A stretch of 60,504 nt of DNA from a virus (taxonomy: Duplodnaviria; Caudoviricetes), in IMG/VR virus record IMGVR_UViG_3300023210_000036, positions 1 through 60,504 of that record; one strand, 5' to 3'. A program made the translations under genes and the position numbers. Positions 1 to 10,900 of the stretch are shown piece after piece. The notes beneath the pieces were generated by a model. That model did no database searches and was not told where the DNA came from. It saw only the letters and a program-made list of their open reading frames with translations. The first letter of the stretch is position 1; every line of letters starts with the position of its first letter.

Positions 1-1916
1 TTAACAATTCGGTTATCTTCTCTAGCATTGGCTCTTGTAAGAGCATACGCATCTCTGTGTATAGAAAGAGCTGTGCTAAAATCTTGATCAGCTACAGTTT
101 GTCTTGATTCAGTTTCTCTCATGCTTTTACTCAATTGCTGAAATACTTGAGTAGTAACTAATTCAGGATCGGTTGCTTTTAAAATTAACTGTCCGGTTTC
201 ATCAACACCTGTTATTATTTCCATTTTCTCTTTGAAAATATTTTCAATATCTGCGGTATTAATAAGATTTCCATTATCATCTTCAGCATTTAAAGCATTC
301 CTTAATGTTTCAACTGTACCTGTTACATCTTGACCCCCAATATTAAGAGTCCATTGATGAGATGGTCTACCATCTACCAAGTCACCATTGGGGTTTTGTA
401 ATACCAGTGCGTCTAATATATTATTAACCTTATTTCCTTTTATTTCAGAAATAGCTTTTTCATAATCAATAGTAGTTTGCAAAGGTATATCCGTATTGGC
501 ATCAATGACACCATCTTCATCCGTTGTAAACTCATTTGTATATGCGCCCCCATACTCAGTAGTAAATGCATTAGCTGCAGCATATAGAGGATCATCAGGA
601 TTAAACAACTCACCTTTATCTTTAGCTAAAGCCCTTGCATCAGCATTCTTTTGTGCTTGAAGAATCATATTATTCTCATGTCTTGCCAATATCTTAGCCA
701 TATCCATTTTGAACTTTCTTTGTTCAGTCATCATTGGATTTAACCTCATAACACTTTTAGAATCTCTTTTACTAAATAATTCTGCTTCAGCTCTCATGTC
801 ACCATCTAAATTAGTTAACATTAATAATTGATAAGCTGTACTTAATTGAGTATTTAAATCTCCTGACGGGGCTTCTATGATAGTGTTAATTTTTTGACTA
901 GCCTCCATTTCCATTTTAGTTTGCTCATAAACACCCAACTGTTCTTTTCTCAATTTATCATCATCAGATCCTGGAATAATACCAATATTCTCTTCATAAT
1001 TTGACCACCGCACATTTACATTTTCTAGTTCAGCAAGTCTAGAAATTTCTTCAGATAATATAATTGCATTATTTTTAGCAATTCTTTGTATAGTCTCTTG
1101 TGCCCAGATGGCTTGTCCTTCTTCCACAGTATTAAACTTACCAGCTTTGATACCTTCTGCAGCAAAATCTCTTCCTAGTACATATGCTTGTGTATCATAA
1201 GAAGCTCTAACTCTAGGGTCATTTGCTAATTGCTTTCTTAAGATCTGTAACGCAGGCCCCTCAACCAATGATCCATTTTTTTGTGTTACAATCCAATCCG
1301 GATTAACACTCCCATCTATATTATACATAGGAACATCTTTTTCAATCTTCAATGGCGGCTCTAGACCACCTAATATTTCATTAGATAATTCATGTAAATT
1401 TGCTTTTGGAATATATTTTTCTAATGGAGAATTTATTGCCTCATCTGCAGACATGTTTATAAAATCTTCCATATCGTATTGCAATTTAGCAACACCATCT
1501 CTCCAATACATACTTCTAACTAAGTGATCGGGAGATGTTTCTAATCTTTTAGCGTGGGCCATTTCTGCTCTATAGTTAGCAGTTTTAACCATATCTTTAA
1601 CAATAACTTTATTCTCAAAGAAAGGAGCAAATACTGCTTTAGCTGATTGTGCATTTTGAGCTAATGATAAATCCATACTTGCAATCTTCTCTAAAGAGGG
1701 TGCTAAATTGTTTACATATTGTTCTCTTTGCTCATTAGTATCTTCTCTTGATAAATCTGCATATACAACTTTATTGTAGACATCGTTAGTTGCCTGCCAA
1801 TTTGTATTATACTTGTCTTGTCTAACATCAAGAACCGCAGACAAAAACTTATAGTCTGGTGTAAACGGTTTAATGTCTGGTAGATATGTTTCTGATCCTG
1901 GTACGTATGTTGCCAT
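1..1916 (-). CDS. Putative virion cargo/ejection protein, runs off the left edge of the window
   Basis: Not in the ORF track. ATG at 1916 reads MATYVPGSETYLPDIKPFTPDYKFLSAVLDVRQDKY...; the same frame is open at the window edge (...AREDNRIV). I did not translate the whole middle. Lies downstream of the other cargo genes. Confidence 0.75.
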   Translation of the reverse strand, partial: MATYVPGSETYLPDIKPFTPDYKFLSAVLDVRQDKYNTNWQATNDVYNKVVYADLSREDTNEQREQYVNNLAPSLEKIASMDLSLAQNAQSAKAVFAPFFENKVIVKDMVKTANYRAEMAHAKRLETSPDHLVRSMYWRDGVAKLQYDMEDFINMSADEAINSPLEKYIPKANLHELSNEILGGLEPPLKIEKDVPMYNIDGSVNPDWIVTQKNGSLVEGPALQILRKQLANDPRVRASYDTQAYVLGRDFAAEGIKAGKFNTVEEGQAIWAQETIQRIAKNNAIILSEEISRLAELENVNVRWSNYEENIGIIPGSDDDKLRKEQLGVYEQTKMEMEASQKINTIIEAPSGDLNTQLSTAYQLLMLTNLDGDMRAEAELFSKRDSKSVMRLNPMMTEQRKFKMDMAKILARHENNMILQAQKNADARALAKDKGELFNPDDPLYAAANAFTTEYGGAYTNEFTTDEDGVIDANTDIPLQTTIDYEKAISEIKGNKVNNILDALVLQNPNGDLVDGRPSHQWTLNIGGQDVTGTVETLRNALNAEDDNGNLINTADIENIFKEKMEIITGVDETGQLILKATDPELVTTQVFQQLSKSMRETESRQTVADQDFSTALSIHRDAYALTRANAREDNRIV

Positions 1917-1975
1917 AATGTAAAATTACTAAAATTTATTAAGTTTAACTAGGTAAGTGTTAACACTTTTAAGGT

Positions 1976-4705
1976 TTACCCTCCCATCTTACCTGTATAG
2001 AATGGAACTACCATCCGTTTTATTTCTTTTCCTTTTTTTGCCGCTTGTGTTGGATACCGAGGTATTCCTCCAATTCTATCTACTTCACGTTGAAGATTTG
2101 TATCACTTGAATTATTTTGGGTTCCATTTACTTCATTATTATATGCTTCCCACATATCTTTATTAAACTCTACACCAGGAGTTTTTCTTTGAAATTCAGC
2201 CAAGTTATCAAACCATGCTTCTGACCTATCCGGTTGAGTGCCAACTTTATTTAATGCATTTGGATTTGTTATGTTTATCATTCCCCCTGATAGAGGATCA
2301 ATTGCAAAGTTATCGTAAGTAGTGTTTAAGTTGTATGTATCAGCTCTATTAGTATCAGCTGTATTCCATAAGTCAGCATTTTTATTAACTTTCCAATTTC
2401 TAAAATTGTCTGCAGCTTGTAATACTTTTTGAGTATTGTCATAAACACCCGTTTGTCTTTTTGCATTCTCTGCATTAACTGCCATGTCATACTGTGCTTG
2501 CATAGCCCCATACTGATTCGCAATTCCAACATTATTTGTGTTAGTTCTATTTTGAACTTTAGCATTTGCATCCATTGCTTGACCTTGAATTAATGAATTA
2601 GCTACAGCTTGAGGTCCACCTACAGCTCCGAGTGCATTGGCCATAGTACTTGCAGATGCATTGTTTGCATTAACAGCTCCTCTCCAATCATCAAATGTGG
2701 GAGCTAATTGAATTCTTTCAGCATCTGGAGCCCATGGTAAATACAGATTATCATCTATTTGACCCAAAGCTGCAAGGCTCCTTAAATCTTGCCTCCAATA
2801 TTCTGGGTTTGGTCTAGAAATTTCTTCTGGGAGAATGGTGGGTATAATTTCAGGTGGTGATGGTGGATTATCAAATGAATCACTATCAGAAAAGTATTCT
2901 CTTTTAGTAAGTTTGGGGGCATTAAAAGTATGTAAACCATACATACCATCAAAACCATACCCGCCATCAGCTGGAGTTCCATCTGCATTGTTTTCTATAA
3001 ACCATGGCACATAAGTTATTCCTGCAGCTTCAGCGTCTAATTTTCTTTGTGCAGCAATATTTTTTTGAAATGCCAATGCTTGTTCATATGGCATATCCCA
3101 ATCCCATTCATTCCCAGAGTCTGTTTCATACTGATCCATTTGAGGACCCCACCTTCTTCGTAAGTCTGCTCTTCCTTCTTCTGATTGTATATCAGCTGAT
3201 CCATATGCGGTATTTCTACTATCAATAGAATTTTGAAGTGTGGGTCTGGTACCATCAGAAAATAAACCTTTATCATTAAAATAATCTTGATTTTCACTAA
3301 GAGCTCTGTTTTGTTCTGCAAGATCGTCACCGGTAATATTTACTGATCCAGAACCTTGTAGCTCTGAAGCTTGTCTTCTTTCTATATCAACTCTGGGAGC
3401 ATCTCTAGTTTCTGTTATAGTTACTGTAGTTCGTCCATTAGCATCAACAGTTGTTGAAAGTTCATGTCCACCAGCATCTAGTTTTTCTTGCCATACCTCC
3501 CACTTAGCTGGATCAATACCTGGATTACCATATCTTGTACTAGGTTCATCAATTATTTCTGTATCTACTACAGCAGGCTCAGTTGTTGCCTGTGTAGATT
3601 GTACTTGATATACTTCAGGTACGGGGGCACCATTTTTAGCAGCTCTTGCCATTTGCACAGCCTCTGATTTAGTCAGAGATGGAGCACCACTTTCAAATAC
3701 CCAAACTTCATTTGCTTCATCATATGTTGGATCTTCAACACCTTCTGGCCAAGACTGACCCATCCTTGTAGCATATTCTGATCCTGTCTCATTACCTCGT
3801 TGAGCTTGTTTTAATCTTCTTTCACCACCAAATCTAGCCATTGCTTGTTCTTGCATGGCCATTTCTTGATTCATTTGTTGTGGCTGTTGCATTGGTTGCT
3901 GCTGACCTTGTTGCTCTTGCTGTTCCATTTGAGCCATCATTTCCTGAAGCATCATTAGCTCTTGTTGCTTTTCAGGAGGCAATGCTGCAATAGCATTCAT
4001 TTGAGCTTGTTCTCTTGTTATCTCCTCCATCTTTGCAGTAAATTCAATAGGATCTATTCCTTGTTGAACTAAGTAAGGGTGTGCTGCAAGTGGTACACCT
4101 TCTTCAAATTTCTTTTTTGATTCTTGTCCAAAAGCAACTTTAGAAAGATTCATCATATTCTTTTTAAGCATTAATTCAGCTGTAGTAGACTGTATCTTAT
4201 CTGCATATGGAGATTCTAAATTAGCATAGTATTTATTTAACTCATACTTCTTAGATAATTTTGCAGGAGTCATTTTCTTTTTAGTACTAATACCAAACTC
4301 TGCTAATTCATCTTTATTGAATTTCATTTTATTTGTATCAGAATAAATAAAGGATTGTTCTGGTAAGAACATGGGAACACCACCACTAGAATGTCTAGGT
4401 CCTTTAATATCATACAAACCAAACACACCATCATTGGTCAAATCTGTTAATACAGTTTCTCCACCTTCTGCTTCTATATTTGCATTATCTCTAGGTACAC
4501 TTGATAGACTATATCTTACATCTTTATCATCTGTATTATTAAAATTAGTATTTCTATAATACTCTTGAGGAGTTGTTACTAAACCATAGTTTGCTTGATC
4601 ACCCGTGCTTAAATCACCACCATCTCTCATAAATTTATCTTCAACAACTTTACCATTGTCTAATTTAAATCCCGCAGGTAATTTATTTATTTTAATTTTT
4701 GCCAT
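1976..4705 (-). CDS. Putative virion cargo/internal protein (909 aa)
   Basis: N-terminal EAEGGE...GPRHSSGG...FIYSD domain, Gln/Met-rich linker, Asn/Ala-rich helical C-terminus, RFGG...AQRG motif; position after the tail stabilisation gene matches crAss-like cargo genes. Confidence 0.6.
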   Translation of the reverse strand: MAKIKINKLPAGFKLDNGKVVEDKFMRDGGDLSTGDQANYGLVTTPQEYYRNTNFNNTDDKDVRYSLSSVPRDNANIEAEGGETVLTDLTNDGVFGLYDIKGPRHSSGGVPMFLPEQSFIYSDTNKMKFNKDELAEFGISTKKKMTPAKLSKKYELNKYYANLESPYADKIQSTTAELMLKKNMMNLSKVAFGQESKKKFEEGVPLAAHPYLVQQGIDPIEFTAKMEEITREQAQMNAIAALPPEKQQELMMLQEMMAQMEQQEQQGQQQPMQQPQQMNQEMAMQEQAMARFGGERRLKQAQRGNETGSEYATRMGQSWPEGVEDPTYDEANEVWVFESGAPSLTKSEAVQMARAAKNGAPVPEVYQVQSTQATTEPAVVDTEIIDEPSTRYGNPGIDPAKWEVWQEKLDAGGHELSTTVDANGRTTVTITETRDAPRVDIERRQASELQGSGSVNITGDDLAEQNRALSENQDYFNDKGLFSDGTRPTLQNSIDSRNTAYGSADIQSEEGRADLRRRWGPQMDQYETDSGNEWDWDMPYEQALAFQKNIAAQRKLDAEAAGITYVPWFIENNADGTPADGGYGFDGMYGLHTFNAPKLTKREYFSDSDSFDNPPSPPEIIPTILPEEISRPNPEYWRQDLRSLAALGQIDDNLYLPWAPDAERIQLAPTFDDWRGAVNANNASASTMANALGAVGGPQAVANSLIQGQAMDANAKVQNRTNTNNVGIANQYGAMQAQYDMAVNAENAKRQTGVYDNTQKVLQAADNFRNWKVNKNADLWNTADTNRADTYNLNTTYDNFAIDPLSGGMINITNPNALNKVGTQPDRSEAWFDNLAEFQRKTPGVEFNKDMWEAYNNEVNGTQNNSSDTNLQREVDRIGGIPRYPTQAAKKGKEIKRMVVPFYTGKMGG

Positions 4706-4707
4706 AA

Positions 4708-7700
4708 TTATAGTATTTCAATATCAGCTCCCGCTGCAATTAATTTTGCTAATGTAGTAGAGTCAACATCTACTGTATCTCCATTGTTTATCTCCATTCC
4801 TTGCTTAGCTATACCCATATTAGTTCTTACAGTTCTTTGTCCTTCACTACCAAAGGTGCCTGTATTAACATCCCAAGCACCCCTTTTCATAAAAGGATCT
4901 TCATTAGTGCCATATATTTCATCTGCCACTAAGTTATGTCTATTTTCTGCCTTAGCATCCGCATAGGCTTTATCTTCAAAATAATTATTAGCTACCCCAG
5001 CTATTTTTACTGCATCATCACTTACATTCTTATAAATTTCCATCCCTCTACTATCCATAAATCTATTATAACCACCTTCAAGTTTATTTTTTCTATCTAC
5101 CACGGGCTCACTATAAGAAGGGGGTCCTTGCTGATTAGAACCATCGTAGTTCTCCAAAGTGGATATCAAGTTTGAAACTTGAGGTCCATCAACTTTTTCT
5201 GCACCTTCTGGAATAGCACCTGTACTACTCAATTTATTTAACTGATCACCAAAGGAGGGTGTTTGTATATTTGATGGAGGGGGTGTAGGTAACCCAAAAT
5301 CTTGGTTTACATTAAACATACCACTTGCATTATTTATTCCATTTCCTCTAGGAGTGGGATCATAAACAATATCTTCTGAGGCATTAATATTATGTAAACC
5401 ATACATATCATCATCGTTTTCTGTAAAGTATGGCACATATTGCTCTGTAGATTCTTGAGTTTGTTCCCATGGTTCTCCTGTTGCTGGATTAATAGGACCT
5501 TCTATATTTTGATTATTATCACCAACATTATATGGATCAGGAAACATTGCCTCCCAGTCTCCACCTCCTGCTTGTGCTTGTGGTAAAAAGCCACCATATT
5601 TTCCAGCAACTAATGTTTTAGCACCTGCTTTACCAACTTGTTCAACACCTTCTTTAATACCTTTCTTAAAGATATTTTTTAATATTCCTGCACCAACATA
5701 AGTTGAAGGATCTGTAACTATATTTGCTCCAAGAGCAAGCCAAGGATTTTCAACTAAAGGATTTCCCTCAGCATCTTCAAGTGCGGCCAAATTCTTCATC
5801 TCACCATCATTCATGTTCTTAAAAGAAAAATCACCCTTCATGCCAGGCATAGCATCAGTAAAATTAAATTCACCATCCCCTCTTCCAGTATACCACTCAC
5901 CTGCTTCGGCAACTAGTGCGCCAGGTATACTTAGAGCATCCAGTGCATTTGAAGTATTAGTAATAGGATCTGCATTAATCATTTTAAGAGCGGGCCTAAC
6001 ATTTTCATTATAATAATTTGCAGCACCGCTAACTCCAGATTTTAAACTATTCCACGCACTACTAACAGGACCTGATCCATTACCTTCTTGTGCTTTAGGT
6101 ACACCACCATATCTAAATTCATCATCCCCAATAGAATTATATATCTCTTGTAGTTGACTTTGAGATTTACCTTGAAAATTAGATGCATTTTGAGCATACC
6201 AAGATCTAAAAGAAGGTCTTGCAATTGGAGTCGTATTAGCTTGTGGCGCTCTTGGTCCTGATTGTGCTGATGTTGGCCCACCGATTAATTCTGCAGAACC
6301 CAAACGATCAACTGTATTAGGAATCCCATCCCCATCAATATCTGGATTATAAGGATTTTGGTTAAAATCCATAATGCGGTCAATAGGGTTATCCTGGTAA
6401 TCTTTATACATACCGGCTTCTGGTTGACCAGTGAAACCTGTGGGTATCATGGAATCACTGACTTTATTTCTCCCCATCATGGTGTCATGGTAATATGGAT
6501 TGATGGCACCCGGTGCATAAGATGATGCATTACCTTGCTCATCAATACCTAATGTAGTTCCTTCAGGATCATCTTGAGTACCAAGGATTAAGTCTTTTGT
6601 ATCACCATCTGCATACTCATTAAAGTAATTTAAATTTTCTCCAAATTCATATGTAGAATTGGCATCTTTTTTACCTATACCTAAAAAGCCTTTTCTTTCT
6701 CCATATCTATCTTCACTCAATGGTCTACTAGATATTAGAGTATCATATTCTCCAGTTTCAACATTGAAATTAGCTCTAGAATTTTCATTTACATCATCTG
6801 TAAATGTTTGTAAATCTCTTAGAGTCCCATTATTCTTTGAAGCATTAAACAAATCTAAATTATCAAAAGCATACGTGTTAGGGTCATTCTCGTCTATTGT
6901 AACATCATAGTTATAATAGTCACCTTTTCCTTCTTTTCTATTTGCACGTCTTGTTTTTCTGTTAGTTATTGTTCCATCTTCGCCCAAAGTTCTATTGGCA
7001 ATGTTCCCTACAACTGACGCAACTTGTCCTAGATTAAAATTCTTTTTTGTTTCAAAGGCAAGTGGGTTTGCATAGTTAGGAGATGATGTAAGTACATCAT
7101 CTTTTTTAACTACACCTGTGGTATTAAAGAAATTCTGCGCTTCTGTTAATTCAGTTCCGCTTTGTGCTTTATGAACATACCCCATCTCTTTTAACTTGAG
7201 ATGTTGATCATATGTATTAGCCTTTCGTGATTTATTACCTTTATGCATTTCATGAGGTATAAACTCACCGCCATCTTCTCTTTTCCAACCTGCTGCATTT
7301 TTAGCAAAGTTTGCCATTTTAACTACAGATGTTGAATAAGCATCAGGATTAGACATTACTTTTCTAGCAGCTTCAAGAACACTCATACCACGTGCTTTAG
7401 CCCATCTAGTAAACTTACCTTTATTTTCAGGTTTAATTTCTATACCCGACTTTGCCATAAGATTTTGTGACATTGCATCTTGTTGTGCAACCATGGCTTG
7501 TTCTTGCTGTGCTTCTGCTTCTTGTGCTTCAATCTCCAATGATTGATTTCTAGCAATCTCTTGCGGATCTCTTGTTTGTTCTTCAGTAGATGCGGGAGGT
7601 GGAGGTTGAGATTGTTTTTGAACTTCTTCAAATAAAGCCATCACATCTTCTTGTTGATACCCGGCTGTCATAAACGCTTGTGCAATAATTTGTTCATCAA

Positions 7701-7857
7701 CTTGTTGTTCAACTAACCCCGCAACTATACTCACTGGGTCATCTCCATTATTGATGGAGTTAAAGATAAACTCTGTAATTTGTTGAATAGCCGGGTCAAC
7801 AGTTTGATTCTGCGCCTGTCCACCCATTTGTTTTAAACTTATTTTGTTTACTTTCAC
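4708..7857 (-). CDS. Putative modular virion cargo/internal protein (1049 aa, GTG start)
   Basis: Contains a basic IKPENKGKFT...ANFAKNAAGWK module, a hydrophobic LALGANIVTDPSTYVGAG segment and several GG..AQxG linker motifs. Confidence 0.6.
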   Translation of the reverse strand: MKVNKISLKQMGGQAQNQTVDPAIQQITEFIFNSINNGDDPVSIVAGLVEQQVDEQIIAQAFMTAGYQQEDVMALFEEVQKQSQPPPPASTEEQTRDPQEIARNQSLEIEAQEAEAQQEQAMVAQQDAMSQNLMAKSGIEIKPENKGKFTRWAKARGMSVLEAARKVMSNPDAYSTSVVKMANFAKNAAGWKREDGGEFIPHEMHKGNKSRKANTYDQHLKLKEMGYVHKAQSGTELTEAQNFFNTTGVVKKDDVLTSSPNYANPLAFETKKNFNLGQVASVVGNIANRTLGEDGTITNRKTRRANRKEGKGDYYNYDVTIDENDPNTYAFDNLDLFNASKNNGTLRDLQTFTDDVNENSRANFNVETGEYDTLISSRPLSEDRYGERKGFLGIGKKDANSTYEFGENLNYFNEYADGDTKDLILGTQDDPEGTTLGIDEQGNASSYAPGAINPYYHDTMMGRNKVSDSMIPTGFTGQPEAGMYKDYQDNPIDRIMDFNQNPYNPDIDGDGIPNTVDRLGSAELIGGPTSAQSGPRAPQANTTPIARPSFRSWYAQNASNFQGKSQSQLQEIYNSIGDDEFRYGGVPKAQEGNGSGPVSSAWNSLKSGVSGAANYYNENVRPALKMINADPITNTSNALDALSIPGALVAEAGEWYTGRGDGEFNFTDAMPGMKGDFSFKNMNDGEMKNLAALEDAEGNPLVENPWLALGANIVTDPSTYVGAGILKNIFKKGIKEGVEQVGKAGAKTLVAGKYGGFLPQAQAGGGDWEAMFPDPYNVGDNNQNIEGPINPATGEPWEQTQESTEQYVPYFTENDDDMYGLHNINASEDIVYDPTPRGNGINNASGMFNVNQDFGLPTPPPSNIQTPSFGDQLNKLSSTGAIPEGAEKVDGPQVSNLISTLENYDGSNQQGPPSYSEPVVDRKNKLEGGYNRFMDSRGMEIYKNVSDDAVKIAGVANNYFEDKAYADAKAENRHNLVADEIYGTNEDPFMKRGAWDVNTGTFGSEGQRTVRTNMGIAKQGMEINNGDTVDVDSTTLAKLIAAGADIEIL

Positions 7858-7876
7858 AACAATGATTTTATATTAT

Positions 7877-7887
7877 TAATATACAAA
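7877..7887 (-). promoter_or_regulatory. Putative late promoter TTTGTATATTA (representative copy)
   Basis: Exact intergenic copies at 7877, 27171, 39875 and 58004; one-mismatch variants at 22921 and 41555; all upstream of minus-strand genes. Confidence 0.65.
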
Positions 7888-7923
7888 TAAATCAAGAGAT
7901 TTACTAATTTTTAAGGTTTAAGC

Positions 7924-10900
7924 TTACCCCACAAGATGTGACATAATATAGTTAGACGGGGACATACCTAAAGCTTTGGCTTCTTTATAATGCCTTCTAT
8001 TTAGTTTATCAAAAACTTTTTCAGAAGACTTATCTCTTGGTGTGTTATTATAATCGCCATTAACATAATTTTTAAATACACCATATTCTCCACCTTTAGC
8101 TAATACTGGAGGTGTGTTACTATTTGTAATATTTGTTGCTAAAAGCATATCATTATATTCATCTGATCCTCCATATACTTCAGTTATGTATCTATTAGTT
8201 TTAGATATATATTTTTCAGAAGGTGTTTCATATCCTAATACTAATGCAGCATCATACAAACTCTCTCCTCCTGGTATTCGCGAATAGTTAGTAGATGATA
8301 TATCAGCCATACTACCTTCGTATAGTTCTCTAAGAGCAGCTAGCTCTTCTTCACTATTTCGTGTATTTTCATCATTTCGTCCTGTTGTTAATAATTTGCT
8401 TACCCCTTGATTATAGGAAAGCAAAGTCATATTTCTGACATCTTCTTCAGCTAATCCTAATGTTGGATATTGTTGAGCATAGTTTTTAAATAATTCATAA
8501 TTTTTAACCAGCATATAACTAACTGCATCCACTGCTTTATTATCATCAGCTAGATCAGCTGGAGAATTTATTTCAAAATAATTTCGTGCAAAATTATCTA
8601 ATGAATTGTATTTTGTTTTACCTACACCAAGTGAAATATCTGCATCTTTTGTATTTTCCCACATATGCGCTAATGCTCTAGTTACACTTAAATCATCGCG
8701 TGTTCTAGGAGCATTTATACCACCTCCTGTTTCAACACCCGTGATGCCAAATATTGCAGCATTTAACCATTCTTGATCAATACTAGAATTTAATATTTCA
8801 GGGATATGCTTAGAATTATAATTTGCTCTTTGCATTATATTACTCACTATTTTTCTTTCTTCATCTGTTAAAGATCTTTCTATTTTGTTTTCAAAATTAT
8901 CTATAAGTGCTGAGTCAGTTTGAGAAAGTGCAATATCATCTGGATCTATTTGTTCAGCATAAGTAGCAGTAAGCTTAATATTTTCATTAGGTCTAGATAT
9001 CCAAGCCGTAGCTACTTCGTTATATGGTACATTTCTTATAGTACCGCCAACATTATGAGTAATTATTGGAGTACCATTTTCATCAATACTTGATACGAAC
9101 CCAGAATGGGTGTTATGTGTTTCTGAATTTAATGTTTCTAAGTGATGATCTGACCCTGGCCAATATATACCCACTATATCACCCACTTTATAATTTGATG
9201 CTGTTGTTTGGTGCTTTCTTTTTGCTTTAGCAGTTAGGTTTTTAAGCTCAGATATAGAAGTATTTTCATCAACATTGTCAAATAAAGAATCATCATATAT
9301 ATTAAATTGTACGGCACTATTTCCTACATGCTTCATGCTTTCTAATAAATCCCAAGCATCTTTATATTTAACCCCTATTGCCTCTGTTTCTATATCATTT
9401 AATTCTAATATTTGACACATACCAGCTGCACAACGTTCATCTTCTAATGTAGTGGGAATTGTATCAAAGATTAAACCCTCAACATCCTCTTCTTCTTCGG
9501 CTTTTGATGTATTATAATCTAACAATGCCATTTTTGTACGTTCACCAAACTTACCATCTATATTGCTTTTACCAGCCTCAGTTATTTCAGGTAAGAAACC
9601 TTTTTCTATAAGTTTGGTTTGAATAGCTTTAACTTCAGTATATGTTTCAGGATTATACTTTTTATCATATCTAGATATAGCGCTTTCTTCTAATCCTGCA
9701 TCTGCTATCATTGATGAATATGCATCATGAGTCCTTTGCCCATATATACCATCTGCACCTGTTGGTCCTATATCATATCCTCTTTCTAATAAGTCCCCCT
9801 GCATCAATTGTACATCTTCAGCACTTCGTTCAGTAAAATCTTCAAAACCTCTTTCATAATTTTGACCACGTTGATTAGCATTTGTAACAAATCCTGCTAT
9901 TTGATTGGGGTCTATATATTCTTGATCTATTAACTCTTGATCCCTTTGATCTTGTTCATAATTAAAATTTAACTCTTGATGGAAAGCCTCCAGATCTTCG
10001 GGAGATAAATCATTTATGTCTCGGCCAAGATGATCAGTAAGTATGGGTGAATTTAAATTAGTTCCATCCTGAATGCTGATTATAGGTGGTTGCAACAAAT
10101 TTATATCAAGCGGGGAAAGTTGTGTTATATCAACCTCTTCTTCTACTATATCTGCATCATTATCTGTATCTGGGTCAACTGGCACACCATAAGGAAAAGG
10201 ATAAGGATTTGGATCATTGCCGCTTTCATAGCCACCATCAAATGGATAAAATTCTGAACCATCCTGAGCTTTAGGTAATGAGCCACCGTAACGTTTTTTA
10301 AAAGATTTATAACCCCCTGTAATTCCCTTCTTCTTTGCTTCATCTACACTTTCTTGAAAGCTTGCACGATCACCGGGTTTTTCTATATTCTTATGACCTT
10401 GTAGCCATAAATCTACTTGTTCCATTTTACCATCAGAATAATCTGACAACGTTGCATCTGATTCTATCAAGTTGGCAAAGAATAATGTATATTGTTTATC
10501 CATTGGCAACAGATCTGCAGATGTAGCGTTTATTATTTCTGGATCTAGGGTAAAGCCTTTTGCTCTAGCAATATTTTTATATCTTGTTTGAGCTGTTTCT
10601 AATGATGGACCTTCAAACTGAAAAACACCTCTTCCTGGACCATCAAAAAGACTACCGTCTTCATTTTGTGATATTTGTTTAGCTAGTCTATCCATTCTTT
10701 GTTGAGCGCCACTTTCATGAAATGCAACTGTGTCTGCTGTATTACCCCAGAATTCTTCTGTTCCACCTCTTGATTCTGAAACATAGGCTAATATATTATT
10801 AAAATCTAATAGTGATTTATCTACTTCATCATGAAATTCACTCCAATCATTAGGTACTAAACTCTTTCCATTCCACTTGTATCCTTCGGGTGCTTCTTTA

